Assembly: GCA_003971905.1 (NCBI GenBank)
Contig: RSEE01000013.1
Location: 1-64,000, forward strand
DNA: 64,000 nucleotides
Origin: Moniliella sp. 'wahieum'
Taxonomy: Eukaryota
Reading direction: 5' to 3'
Shown here: one piece after another, positions 36,846 to 52,815 of the stretch
Position numbering within the stretch: the first letter of the stretch is position 1
Layout of the letters: each line of letters begins with the position of its first letter
The notes under the pieces: generated by a model
What the model saw: only the letters and a program-made list of their open reading frames with translations
Told to the model about the DNA's origin: nothing
Databases searched by the model: none
Program-made: the position numbers and the translations under genes

Positions 36846-39800
36846 ATGGCCGACCTTCTGCCACACCTCGACGCATGCAGTGACGCCCGCTTGCACCTCC
36901 CCAGCCGCACCGTCACGGCCGGCGGGCGTCTGAGTGGCGTCCTCGTCTTCCCGCCCTTGCGTCGTCGTCTGCATCTGCCTCGCCATCCGCATCCGCATCG
37001 CCATCGCCGTCCTCTCCTCGGCCACCTCCGCCCCAACTCACCCTGTCCGCTTCCGCCGGCACGGGCGATGGCTCTCAGGCGGCCCTGGCACCTGCTGCTG
37101 CAGACGAGACGGCGGCTGATGCTACGGCCGAGATTGGCGCGGTTACAACGCGTACCCACGCGCCCCCCCCTGGTCCCGGACCGGCAAGCAAAGCGACTGT
37201 CCATTTGGTTGGTGTGGAGGGTATGTGATCTGACTGGCCAAGGTGCGCTTTGCTTTTTTGTTGTTTGATGTCTGACCGATGCTGGTCTTGTCCAGATCTT
37301 CCGAACGGCGAGCACGTCCAGGTGACGCATTTGCACCAAGAACTTGGTGCGCCAGCCACCGAGGACCCGGTCTCACGCCAGACCCGGCTTGTGTTCCAGC
37401 TTGATCTGCCATCCTCCCTTGCTGGATCCCACAAGGGGGAAAAGGTGGTGTGCGCTACGTCGTGCTGGCAGAAGTCCATTCGCCTACCGGCCACTTCGAC
37501 TGGACTGCCGAGCCCATCGACGTCTCGCCTTGCCTCACTGACCTGGCCGCTCAAGCGGCAGCGGCTACCAAACCAGCCCAAACTGTGGAATCAGACAACG
37601 GAGTCAAGCTTTCGGTCCATTTTGCCTCGTCCCTCACAATGGCTGGTACGACTGCGTTGGTTCCCATCACGGTGTCCAACCATTCGCCTGATCCCATCCG
37701 CTGCCTTCGCGCTACGTTGGTTCAAACCGAGTCGATCCTGCCTGCTTCGCCGGAGGATTTATCGTGGTCCGACGTCAAAGAGTCGGAAGCCTCGATCGAA
37801 TCCACCGAGTCCCAAGTGGCCTGCACCATGTTGAGCTCTGACGTAGGCGCGGACACCTTTTGGCCGAGCGTGTTGCCAGGGGAGACGATTGACTGGGCAG
37901 TACCCGTGTCCATCCCAGTATGTCCTTCCCCTCTCCTCTCCAGCAGGCCTTGTCCCACTGACCACTGGCTCTTCAGACCACGGCGTCGACGATTTGTGCG
38001 TCGGCCCCTGCATCTCGCGTACGCGTTTCCTACCAACTTGCCACCCAACTTTTTTCGGATGCGAGCGAGACCAAGGTGGCCGCGGTACAAGTTGACACGC
38101 CACTTGTGATTGCACCTTTGAATACATTGAGTTCCGCTTTGGGCCAGGCCAACCAGGCTGGTTTGACATCCGCGCCTCTCCCCGCCTTTTGTTCTCCAGT
38201 GCCCAGGAGCCGTATGCACAAGCCGTCGATTCCAGTGCATCTCTTTCGGCAAGAGGCTTGATCCCGCCGGCCCCGTTCCGGGGCAGGTCCTCCGTCTTCT
38301 TCCCCTCTCCTCTCGCCTGGGGGCGCGGTACCACGGTCGTCCTCCCCACCTTCTACCCCCCGCGGTTCCCGCATCTCCAAAATCCCCTCCGCGTCCCAGT
38401 CCCATCCTGTCACTACCTGGCAACGACTCGGCAGACAGCACGACGGTGGATTTGGGCAACGATTCGGCCGGTCGGATTGGTGGGGACTTGAGCGGGATCA
38501 GTGAGCACACTGAACACACCGATACCGACACTTCCACCCCCGCTCTCAACCGTCGACGGTGGGCGACGACAGTTCCTTGGATGAAAATGGGGCCGTGATG
38601 GGCCAAGTGTGGCCGGGCGCGACGGGCACGTTGGATTTGGGAGCCCCGCCCACGGCTTCGGTCGGGACCCGAGTGCCTGCCATCCGAAGTGCGCGGGGTG
38701 GCAAAGTTCCTGCAGCTGGCCCCACCCCCCGTCTCGCTCGACCTGGGTTCTCCTCCACCCGTGTTCCTTCGGCTGGGAGCAGCGCGGCACGGGGACCCGA
38801 TACGCCGTCCTCGGGAGCAGCTGCTAGCGCGCCTGGCCGCTCGCCGGCGGCAAGGCAGTGGCACCCTTCCTCGACCTCTACCACCACACGAACCGGACCC
38901 GCTTCCAGTCCTTCTGGCAGTGCAGGTGTCGGGTTCGCGCCACCAACGCGCCCAGCACACTTCGCCGCACTACCTCTGGTCATTCGCCTTCGACCCTTGC
39001 CCCTGCCCGCTCGCCAGCAAGCGGGTTGGGCTTGTCCCCTTCTCCTGCCAGTGCCCACCCGGGCCGTCCCTCTGGCCGAGTCGGATCCGGTACGCCTTCC
39101 GTGGGGTTGACACGTAGTGCCTCCAACCACGCCTTCCCGACGCCAGTAACGCCGACACCGCCGATGCGCCGCTCGGCGTCGCGGGGCGACTTGACAGGCA
39201 CGACCAAGACGAGTGGGGCAGGTGCACCGGGCGACCAGTCGGTCGGAACGCCCATCATGCGACGTACGGGCGTGACGGCACGCGCTCGTCCTCAGTCGCT
39301 CTATGTTGGCTCGAAAGAGCAGCCTGCACCCTCGTCCTCGCCCTCGGTACCTCCCTTGCCCCGAGCTCGTGTCGATTCGACCCGGTCTCGCACCGACTCC
39401 ACCTCCGGCCCGCGCGTTCGCCGCGTCGTCTCCGGGTCCCAGTTCTCTCACTACCCTCCTACGCCAGGCACGGCGGTCGGCCGAAACCTGCCCCGCTCGC
39501 CCGCACCCCTCACCGCATGGGGACACGGCAAGCGTCGGCGGGCAGTGTCGCGTCAGGGCCAGGGGTCAAGGCCAAGGTGTCCTTGGACCAAATCATTGCC
39601 CCTCCTCCTCCTGCGGTAGGAGGGAGAAAAGCGATGACCGAGCTCGGCTTTGGTCCGTCCAGCGCGAGGGTGGGCCGAGCCACGTCCGGTCTTGGTGTGG
39701 GAGCGGTGGGGCTCGGTTCGCACGGCAGTGGCGATCACCACAGCTACTCGTTCAAGAACTATGCGGCCGCCGCAGGGGCTGGCACAGGTGCCGCCGAGGT

Positions 39801-40143
39801 CCGGATGGGACCGACGCGGCGCGATGAGTACCAGCTCTGGGGCGATGCCGAGCCATGGACTGGTCCGCTCCCAGTCCCACGCCCACCTGGCCGGGGGGCG
39901 GCGGGAGCCTGCGAGCTGGCCGACCGCGTGTGGCGCGTCGGAAATCAGTTTCTCGGCGCCGGTGCGGGCCAAGGTACCAACGGCGCCGATGCCCCGTGCA
40001 CGCTCCCGCACCGGATCCAACTCGTCCCACACGGCCGCCGCCCACGCGTGGCTAGCCGCAGCCGCCCCCGCCCTCGCGCTCGTCTCATACTCGCCGCACC
40101 AGCGTCGCCGATCCGGGTGCGGACCAAGAGCGTGGAGCTCTAA
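36846..40143 (+). CDS. Arrestin-fold domain protein with long Ser/Pro/Arg-rich tail (indels)
   Basis: ARLHLPSRTVTAGGRLSGVL, FQLDLPSSLAGS, VRYVVLAEV, VKLSVHF....AGTTALVPITVSNHS..PIRCLRATL beta-sandwich pattern. Confidence 0.5.
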
Positions 40144-40376
40144 GACGGATGGATGGGTCTCCTGCCTGTGGCCTCGGGCCTGAGGCCGGCGAGGAGGCAC
40201 CACAGCGAGAATTGATTGATATGCCATGCGCGCCCACCCCATCTCCATCCCCATCCCCATCGCCAGTAGCTCACAATTCCTGTATTCAATCGACAGACCC
40301 ACGGGGAAGGATAGGCGCCGTGCGCCGCATGCCGGCCCCGCGGGATTCGGAACGTGGCGCAGAAAACAAACGCGCG

Positions 40377-40581
40377 ACGCGTGTGCTACGCGGCCCGCGC
40401 GATCCGATCGATCATCGATCATCGGTCATCCCTCTTCCGCCTCATTCCACGTAACGCGCACGCACACTGGCGCCAAGCCCCATCTGGCCCGGCGCGACGG
40501 CACGCGGCGCGTGTGGGGGGAGGGACCGCTGTGCCCGCGGCGTCGAGCGACTGGCGCGGTGCGGGACGCGGGACTACGCGT
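40377..40581. promoter_or_regulatory. Two MCB (ACGCGT) boxes plus CGCG cores upstream of MCM2
   Basis: ACGCGT at 40377-40382 and 40576-40581; MCB is the established fungal G1/S element. Confidence 0.5.
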
Positions 40582-40731
40582 CGCGTGTGGCGCGTCGGCG
40601 GCCGAGGTGGGCGGCAGAAGCCTTGGGCCTCAGGCAGCAGCAGAGTGCAAGGAGAACACTGCCCATTCCCCCGCGCTTGGCTCCCCACCACCACCACCAC
40701 CACCCCTTCCCTCGCCAGCTGTCTAGCGAGC

Positions 40732-43809
<3,078 letters not shown>

Positions 43810-44176
43810 GTGGGGTTGGGTTCGCACACAACCTCACGCTCTAGCATCGAGATTCCGCTGGAGCTTCAGCTTCAGCTTCAGCCTTGACCCGCTTGGCCAG
43901 CGCGCCCCGTGGCTGGCCAGAGTCTGTGTACATGTACGGTAGCCCGACGGGTGTAACATATGGAAGAATCGATTGAATGGCTCCTTCTATGCAGATAAAA
44001 AGATGACCGTGCTCGTAGAGAAACCTACACTACACGCCCAATCACACCCGCCGATACCTATCCAGCTCGCTAGCTCACTAGCGCTTCCGTCTCGTATCAC
44101 TCGATTCGCGGCCGAGACAAAGACAAAAGTTAGAAGATAGATTGGTACCCCACCGGCCACCCCACATCTTCCCCGG

Positions 44177-47100
44177 TCACGGCATCGTCGACAGCAGCAG
44201 GGCACGAGCCCAATCGGGTATGTCGTCGCACAAGGCGGCGGTGGAGCACAAGTCGCGCGCGGCCGCATGGAGGAGCGAGAACGCGGACGAGGACGACGCA
44301 TCGGGCGGAGGTCCACCAGGGGAGGGAGAACCGACTGCCTGGCTGTCTGCTTGCGCCTGTGTTGAATGTGCACTGTCCCCTTGGCCGTGCCCTTGGCTTG
44401 GCCTTGCTCTTGGCCTTGCTCTTGGCCTTGCTCTTGGCCTTGCTCTTGGCCTTGCTCTTGGCCTTGCTCTTGGCATGCGCGTCCTTCGGATTGGGGCTCG
44501 AGCTGGGGGCCGGGCTGTTGTCCAAGCCCATGAGGCGGGGGGGAGGACCCGGCGCTGGGCGGGGCGCGGGAACGCAAGGGTCCGCCTGCAGCATGACAGC
44601 CAAGACCGGGTCGAGGACCGGGGTGGAGCGGGGCAGGGACGTGGTGGGCAATCCCGTGGGCAAACCAGTGGGCTCGGGGAGGGAGGGTGGCAGACGAACG
44701 CGGGGGAGGGGTCGACGCGCGGTCCGGGTCGGTACCACCCTGGTCCCCATGCGAGACCCGATGGGAGGTCCGAGGTGAACGTTCGTGTTCATGCTTATTC
44801 TCATTCTCGTGGTCACGGTTATGAGTACGGTCGTGGTCATGGTCGTGGTCACGATCACGGTCACGGTCACGGTCACGATCACGATCACGGTCACGGCGAT
44901 GGGGATCCCATTGGCGCGCCTGGGCCAAAGCCTGGTAAGCCAAGGGGGTACTTTGTCCCAAATGTTCGCTGAGCGCGGCCATGGCCGCGGCCAACGCGTC
45001 GTCCCACGAAGCGAACGGGACGAGGAAGCTCGGTAAGGACTGGCCTAGCATCTGGTGCACGTGCTCAAACGAGCGTACGACACTGGCGAGCGAACGGAGT
45101 AAGAGGGAGGAGGTCGTGGCCAGCGGCGCGTCAGCGGGCAGCCGATGCGCCAGGTCGACGAGGTCGGTAGCGCAGTGGGCGTAGGTAAGCTGCTGTCGTG
45201 TCGGCGGTACACGGTAAGTTGAACTACCTCTTCTTCCAACAAGTGTTTGCCCGCCAAGAGCGCCAAGGAGCACAAGCTCGGCCCGGGTATCCAGGGCGTA
45301 AGCGTGCGGCCTCGGTGGCGCCCAAAAGGCCCTGGATGGCTTGGAAAATGTGTTGGGCGGCGTTGCTGCGCAACGTGTGGATCCATTCGATCATCTCGCG
45401 CGTCTCAACGGGCTCCTTGGGCCCTACCAGCACCCGAAGCAGCCGTTCTTCTGCCTCGAGCAGCACGCGCGAGGTGCGGTGCGGCCGGAGATAGGCCTGG
45501 GCAAGAGGAAGGTTGGTCATGGTTACCGCCGCCGGGTGCCGGAGGAAGAGGACGAGGACGGGCGCGGTGACTTGAAGCATGTTCAAGTGTTCTTCCGCAG
45601 TACCCAAAGTCCAGATTCCCTTGACCAACCCGCCCACCGCGTGGTTGGTGAGATGAGTGTCGATCAGCAGTTGCTCTGGCAGAAGAGGGGGAAAGGAGGG
45701 CAAGGGTAGGAAGGGGGTCAGAGACCAATGCTAGGCCACAACGTGGGTGAGAGGGAGAGAGAAACATACCCGCTTGTTGCCGACCACGATCAAACTCGCG
45801 AGGGAGTTTCTTGACGGCGCGCCGGAAGCCCGGGACGTCCGAGTGGGCCATTTGGAGGAGGGTGACAGAGCCCTGGTGAGTCGTCGGATCACTCTTCTCC
45901 CGCCCGAGCAAGGTACACGGCATTCTTGCGTGGACGACCGCGTCGACGTTGAAACTTGAGTGCCGACGCGCGTGCCCAGATCACCCGGACTTCCTTGGCC
46001 AACGTGAACATCGTCGCTGCACCAGCGGCGCGGGCGTAGGTACGTCCTGCGCCTACCGCCCGCAGCACCGTAACCTGCTCCGAGCGCGACAGGTGCAATG
46101 GTACCGCCGCCCCGTCCCCCCCTTCCTCCGCCACCTTGTCTTCCCCCGTGGCAGTGGGGGTGGGGGCCGTCGTCGTCGCCGTTATCGCCTTGGGCGTTGT
46201 TGCAGCTGGGCCTGAAGTCCCGCCACGACGGGTCCTTCGTCGTGGAGGCGTGGCGGGCACAGTGGATTGCTCTAGGGTTCGTACCCGTGCCCGGCTTATC
46301 TCGGTCTTGGCCCACGACACGACTTTTTCGGCTGCTGCAATCGCCTCGTCCACCACTTGACCCACATCCTTCTCGCCGCGGGCACAGGCGAACGCGCGCG
46401 CGGCCGGGGTAGGTGCCGTAGCTAAGTCGTCCGGGGAGAAGGCGTACATTGTCGCCGCTTGCAGTTCGGCAAGGTAAAGCGCACGTAACACGCCCCACCT
46501 CTCGTCCTCGGTGGCATCAGAAGGAGAGGAAGCAGGAACCGCACCAAAGGCAGTTAGGGCGGCCAACAGGAATTTTTGTCCCACCACTTCCGGGGTGCGC
46601 GTGAGGGTGTACATGGGCGCGTGCGTGTCGGGTGATCCCTGGGCCAAGGGCGCATAGAGATACAGGAGATAGAGAGCTTGGGTCACGCACAGGGGGCCCA
46701 CCGATCCTTCTGAAGTGGAAGGGCCAGAAGAAGTCAAGCCATTAGGCTCACTTGCCCCTCTGTCCAAAGAACTCTTCGGGGAATCCCCTGTGGTAGTGGG
46801 TGCGTTCGCCTTCATGTCCACCGTAGTGAGCAGGGTCAAGGCCCAGTCCTGAAGCAGACCGGAAAGTTGATCTAGGAACGCGTGGAGCACACCCTTAGCT
46901 ACCTCCAGCTCGGATGGAGGCTCAGGTTCCGGTTCAAGTTTCGGTTCAGGTCCAGGTTCAGGTCCAGGTTCAGGTTGGCCAAGCTCCTGCTCTGGATCCT
47001 GGTCCTGCGCCCTCCCGTGCGTTTGCCCATGCTCCCCCCCATTCTGGTGCTCAAGTTCATGTCCCTCCTCATGCTCCTCCTCTATCCCCTCCACGCGCCC

Positions 47101-49024
47101 CTCCTCACGTCCCTCCTCATGCTCATGCTCCTGCTCCTCCTCCTGCTCAGGCTCAAGCGCAGACTCATGGCCACGTTGCTCCTCCTCGCCCGCGCCCGGG
47201 CCAGGCAAAACAGCCACTGTCCTTCGGGTTTTTCGGCGTTTCTTGCCGCCGGACCAGCCTACCCGGCGACGTGGCCGTTTTCGTGGCCGTTCCCCTGGGC
47301 TGGGGGGGACCGCAGCAGCTGGGGCCGGGGCCGGGGCCGAGGCCGAGCAGGAACAGGAGCAGAAGTAGAAGTAGAAGTAGAAGCAGAAGCAGAAGTAAGC
47401 GCAAGTGCCGCTTGCTTGCCGTTGGCAGGTGGCTGACGAGCCTGGGTGGTATGTGTGAGGGTGGTGGGGGTAGTGCGGGAGAGGGAGAGGGAGGCAGGCG
47501 ACCCGGAGCCGAAGCAGCATGACGAAGCGCAGCGGGAGGCAGCTGGGCCAAGCGCGTTCGTACTCCCAGTTGGATCAAGAGCAGGACAAGGATACGAGCT
47601 TCGAGATGGGGCAGCAAGGAAACAATTGTTTCCCAAGGCAACAGACCCGGTACCAGCGCCCACACCCCGAGCACACTGTCTTCCAATGCGGTTTCCACGT
47701 CAGTCTCCTTTTCCTGTTCCTGCTGTTTCCTTTCGGTCGCATTCGCGTTCCCCCCCTCTCTCGCGGGCTCAGCAGCATCGTCAACGCCCAAGACGGGGGA
47801 GGGAGCAAGCGCAACGCCCAACCCAGTTGGTCGGGCGGACGCCCAACCGGTCAAAGAAGGAAGTGGGGGCGGAGGGCAAACCCGAACCCGAACCCGAACC
47901 CGAGCCCGAAGTAGCAGGAGCAATGGCAGACGTAGTAGTGGTAACGGCAGGACTGCGCGTTGCTGCCTGCGCTTTAGCATCCGCATCAGCATCCGCATCA
48001 GCGTCCGCTTGGCGCGCCAGCACCAGACGATTAGCTTCGCCCCAGAGCCAGCCGGGAGGGGCGACCATGGAAGTGGCCATGGCGTCCAGGTCGGACGGGC
48101 GGGCGGGCGGCGCGGGCGGGCAAGCAACGTCCATGTCCAGGGGCACGGCGCGAGATACGTCCGAGACGACAGGCGAGAATCGGGCGCGGGGCGGGGCAAG
48201 GTAACGCCCACGTTTCGGGCCGGTGAGGTCGCGCCAGGGCCCGGGAGCGAGAGCGCGGCCGAGGCTGGGGCAGGGGCGGGGGGGGGAGCAGGGGCGGGAG
48301 CCGAGGTGGGGGCCGCACCGGACGGGTGGATCCAGTGCACGAGGTGCGCAGGGACCGAGACGATGGCGCCTGCCTCGGGCTCGTGGGACAAGACAAAGCC
48401 CGGGGGTGGCGGGGGCGGGGGCGGGTGGGCGGAGAGCCGCCTTGCGGGACAAAGCCTAAGGAGACGGGAGGCGGGTAGGTGGTGGGCGGCGGGAGAAAGT
48501 AGCTGGTATCAAACCTGGGTTCGAGCGCGGCGGGCGTGCTGCTCTGGCCCCAGGCGGGGAGCATCGAGGGGGCGTCGGAGGCGTAAGAAGCGGGCAAGGC
48601 GGCCGGGGCGGGCAGAGCGGGCGGAGCGGGCGGTGCGGGCATGGCAGCGTGGGACCGCATCGCGTCCGTCGATGGCGGGGCGGAAGGCGGGGCGGCGCTG
48701 GGGCGCGACGCCCAGCTGAGCGCCGACCGATCGGGGTGCGGCGAACGCGCGGCCGCGCCAGGGGCCCTGCGCGCCCTGTGCGCCGACGCTTCGTACCGGT
48801 TGGACCAACGACGCACGCGAGGTTCAGGCGTTGGCAGCGCGCACACCGCGCGGCGCCTTCGAGCGGCGTGTGCGACGGCATGGTCCGCGCCGGCAGCTGG
48901 CAGCGCGCCTTCTTTTTGCGACAGGCGCGCAGGAGACGGGGGTGTAGGCCTCCCGCTTCCGTTCGCCCGATTCGGACCAGTCGTCCGCGTCGGCGGCGAG
49001 GGGGTGAGCGGGGCTGGCGGCCAT
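44177..49024 (-). CDS. Zn(II)2Cys6 transcription factor with low-complexity insertions (joined across frameshifts)
   Basis: C-x2-C-RKKKAR-C-x18-C-AR-C-QRLNLA-C at 48813-48931 (one indel); downstream helical segments typical of a middle homology region; probable end DIPDWARALLLSTMP*. Confidence 0.75.
44397..44474. repeat. 12-bp tandem repeat (CTTGGCCTTGCT)x6.5 within the TF gene
   Basis: Exact copies read directly. Confidence 0.9.
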
Positions 49025-49094
49025 GGCGCAGAGTAGGGGCAGGCCAAGGGGCCAGAGACGGTGGTGGGGGTGTGCGTGCGGGTGGGTGGGGGCT

Positions 49095-49160
49095 GGCGAT
49101 GGCGATGGCGATGGCGATGGCGATGGCGATGGCGATGGCGATGGCGAAGGCGATGGCGAT
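49095..49160. repeat. (GGCGAT)x11 hexamer microsatellite, one variant unit
   Basis: Read directly, just 5' of the proposed TF start. Confidence 0.9.
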
Positions 49161-50324
49161 GGCGGCGGCGGTGCTGGGACGATGGCGACGCGCAGGCAGC
49201 GCGCTGGGGCGGAGGGAAGGGTTGAGCCCGCCTCGCCCAGGCTGCCCAGCGGCAGGCGTGGGGGCAGTGTGTGCGCCTGGTTGGCACGCGTCGCGGCGCT
49301 TACGTACGCCCGCTTGCTAGCCCGGGGGGGACGGGGGAAGGCAAGTGGGCGGTGGAGGAGGGTTGCTGGTGCTGGTGGTGCTGGTGCTGGTGATGGTGAG
49401 GGCGGGAATGCTGGCCGTGGCGACGGTCGACTGGATCGTCGGCGCGACGCGTCCCGCCCTCCGTATCCCATCCCCTCCTCTCCCGGCGGTCCGCGGCGGC
49501 AATTCCATTCCAACCTCTATTTTCGTGTTTTTGCCTCATCAATTGAATCGGAAGAACCCGCGTTTCCCGACGCTATCAGGCGCCGCGCCTGGGCCCCACA
49601 GCCAACACCAGCATTGTGGCATTGTCCATTTGGTTGGCCCAGTGTAAGAGGCGACGCCAATCGGGAAGGACAGGACACATGAAACGGCAAGCACACGGCG
49701 GATCGGCCCTGGGTGGTTCAGGTGACGCCTGCGGCCAACCTCTGCCTCGACAGCAGGCCAAGGGTGGGCGCCACAACACAGGGAAACAACCATGACAAAG
49801 CCAGAACGACAAAAAGCGGGCTCTGGTGAAGCTGGGGAAGAGAGAGATATATAACGAGCGTCACCCCGAAATGGGAAAGTGCACGGGAAGGAACAGCAAG
49901 GGAAAAGAACAGCAAGGGAGGAACGGGAAAGGGGAAGCAAAGCACGAGATACGACGCACAGCCCGGGGGGGGCCGACCGTTGATCCTCTCGTCCGAGGCC
50001 GAAGCCGAGGCGCACGGACCCCGCCACGCCCGCGCCCTGCACCCCACCGGCCCACCCATCCGCTCGGTAGCCCGCCGCACACACTCGATTCCAAATTCAC
50101 CGCCGCCTTGCGTCCTGCGCACCAAGCACATCATGTATGCCACGCTCACATGTCACACGAGTCCAGCATCCACTTCCCGCTTCCCGCTTCCCACATTCCA
50201 CTTTCCCGTTTCAGCTTTGCACTTTGCACTTTCCACCTGCTGGCTTGGGCGCTGCCGGCGCTCAGCGCTCAGCCGTCGGCCAAGTGCATCCTGGTGCGCG
50301 CGGCGGCGGGCAGGGCAGGCAGGG

Positions 50325-52544
50325 TCAAAGCTCGAAGTAGGCAGCGGAGGGGGTAGCTGTGCAGTGCGGGAGCGGGGCGGGCGCGGGGAGCGTAGGGCGT
50401 GCGGGGGGGTCGGCCCAGGCGGGACTGGCGTGGCGGCGGGAGTTTGGCCGGTCGTGCGGCCTGGCCGCGGGCGGGAGCGGTGGGAGGAGCGGGAAGTGGG
50501 CTGGGTCGGTGCGCGTACGAGGGCCGTGCGAGGTGGAGGTGGAGGTAGAGTAGGAGTGGGAATGCGAGTGGGAGTGGGAGTAGTAGTGCGAGTGGGACGG
50601 GAGTAGGGGTGGGAGAGCGACGGTCCGCGTCGTCGTGCGAGCGAGACGAGGGCGCGTACTCCGAAGCCGAGGTGGACGAGTAGAGTTGCCCGAGCCAGAG
50701 AAGGAGAAGGAGGTGGCGGGCAAACTGGGTCGTGTGCGGCGCCGTTTGGATCCGGCCGTGGCAGCGGATCGGTCGCTCGCTCCGCCCGGACTGAACGCAC
50801 GGAGTCCAGATCCTGCTCCTGGCGCTACGCTAGCAGCCGGCGAACGTACGTCGAACGGTCCTGGGGCGAGGGTGAGGTGCAAGCCGAAGCGGAAGCGGAA
50901 GCCACCGCCAAAGGAGGCGAAGCACGTGTCTGCTCCGCAGAGTAGGCAGGCGCATCAACGAGAAACTCATCGTGGGCCCGTTTGCGCTGCAATCCCAGTG
51001 CGCGTAACCGATCCACCCAAAATCCACCCGATCCAACGACTCGCCAAACACGACCGTCACGTTGCGCAGGATATCCAAGCTTTCGACCGTGAGGGTAAAC
51101 ACCTGTGGCCGCGACGGCGTGCGTTGCGCCTCGCCTTCTGGGCCCGAGCGGCGCCCGTACCTGCACCTGCACCGTTGACCGAGGCCATCGAGCCGGGAGC
51201 GAGAGCAGGAAGCCCTTGACGTGGTGCGCGCGGCCGAGGGGAGTGCGGCGCCGGCGTACTTCGACCGACGTCACCACGCCGCGAATGGTGTGCACCACAT
51301 CGCCCTTGATCTGGACCAGGTTGGCCGCGAGCGGCGCGTGGGCCAGCTCGGACGAATCCAATTCGCCATGGTTGATTTGGACCATCATGTCGCGCAAGGA
51401 AGTGATGTTGTGTTCGAGATGAGCCGTGGCATATTGCAGCCATTGCAGACAGTATTTCAGCGATTTGATCGATCGGGCCGGGCGGCAATCGCGCCGGTCA
51501 GACCGCCTGCCGTCACGCCGCAGCTTCGACCAGCATGCCCGTCAGCCCCGATCGTCCAGGTGGCTCAACGCGGCGGGCGGAAAGGAGAGCGGTGGAGGCA
51601 GCAGGGGGCGCGACAGTGGCAGGCACTGGATCCACGTCGCAAGAAGAAGAAGAAGAAGAAGAAGGCTGCGGAAGGGGTATGGGTAGGTACCACCGGATCC
51701 TGCTGGGTGGGAGGCAGGAGGGGGCGGCGGGGCCTCGGTAGCGCAACCCAGAAGACTCGTGGGGCGCGGGAGAAGGCAGAGAGCTGGAAGAGAGGCTAGG
51801 ACGGATGGGATGCGGCAAGCGACCCATGCTGGCGTCCAGCTCGCGGCCGGGAGGGGGGGAAAGGGAAGGAGGAGCCAAGTCGGGCCGGCGAGCATGCAGG
51901 ACGTAGAGCCAGGCTTGATGCTCCTGCTCGTCTTGGTCGGCAGGAGAGAGGTGGGCCCAGGTCGTGGCACGCTGTTCGGCGACGGTGGCTTGGATCTGCT
52001 TGGCCTCGTGGGGAGTCAGGACGCGGTGCAAGGCGGCCGCGAGCTCGGGGCCGTCGGGGCCGGTAAGAAGGTGGGTGGGTCGTTCGTTGGAGGAGGAAGG
52101 GTAGATCCAATCGAGCTGGCGACGAGCAAAGCCATCGAGCAGCTGCACATTCGACTCGCCCAGCACGCCGCCCACGCGGGAGATGACGGGGCGGCCGAGG
52201 GACTCGACCAGGTCGGCACTGTACTTGACGAGCATGCTGGTTTGCTTGGCGCGGGAATAGGCATCGAGGGTGCCGCGCACGAGGGGATGGCGGCCGAGCA
52301 CGTCGGGGGACGCGTGCGGGTCGGGCGGGGCAAGCGGGGTGGCGGTGCGGTCGGACGGGGGGCGTCGCTGGGGAGGGCGGGGGGCGGGGGTCCGAGTCGA
52401 TGGTGGTGGCCGAGGTGGCAGGCGGGGGGGACGCGGGGCGCCCGTCGAGGCGGAGGGTGGAGAGCTGGCGGGGGAGGTGCTGGGCGTCGGCGGGGTGGAG
52501 CACATGGCGCAGGTGCATGCGCTTGGGGCGGGCGCAGACGCCAT
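50325..52544 (-). CDS. OPI1: Opi1-family transcriptional regulator (3' end uncertain, about 50153-50825)
   Basis: HPLVRGTLDAYSRAKQTSMLVKYSADLVES, LDGFARRQLD, KSLKYCLQWLQYATAHL, IKGDVVHTIRGVV, YAGAALP, FLLSLPARWAS, LTVESLDILRNVT.VF. Confidence 0.85.
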
Positions 52545-52815
52545 GGCGGCGGTGGGGGGGGGAAGCGGTGGGGACGCAGCGTATAACCGGTGCGCGTGGT
52601 CTGGCGACACGTGACGGGGGGGTGTGATATGTGACGGCGGCAGACACAGCTGACGTAAGGTCGGCAGGCTCCAGCGCGCACGGCGGCAGCCACGTGCTTT
52701 CACATGCCTGCGGTGCCCCAGCGCAGCCAACGCAGCATTCCCGCCCGTCCCAGGGGGTGGCACGCATGCATCCATTCAATATTCAGGTGAGCATTGCAGA
52801 ATCAGTCCAGTGCCT

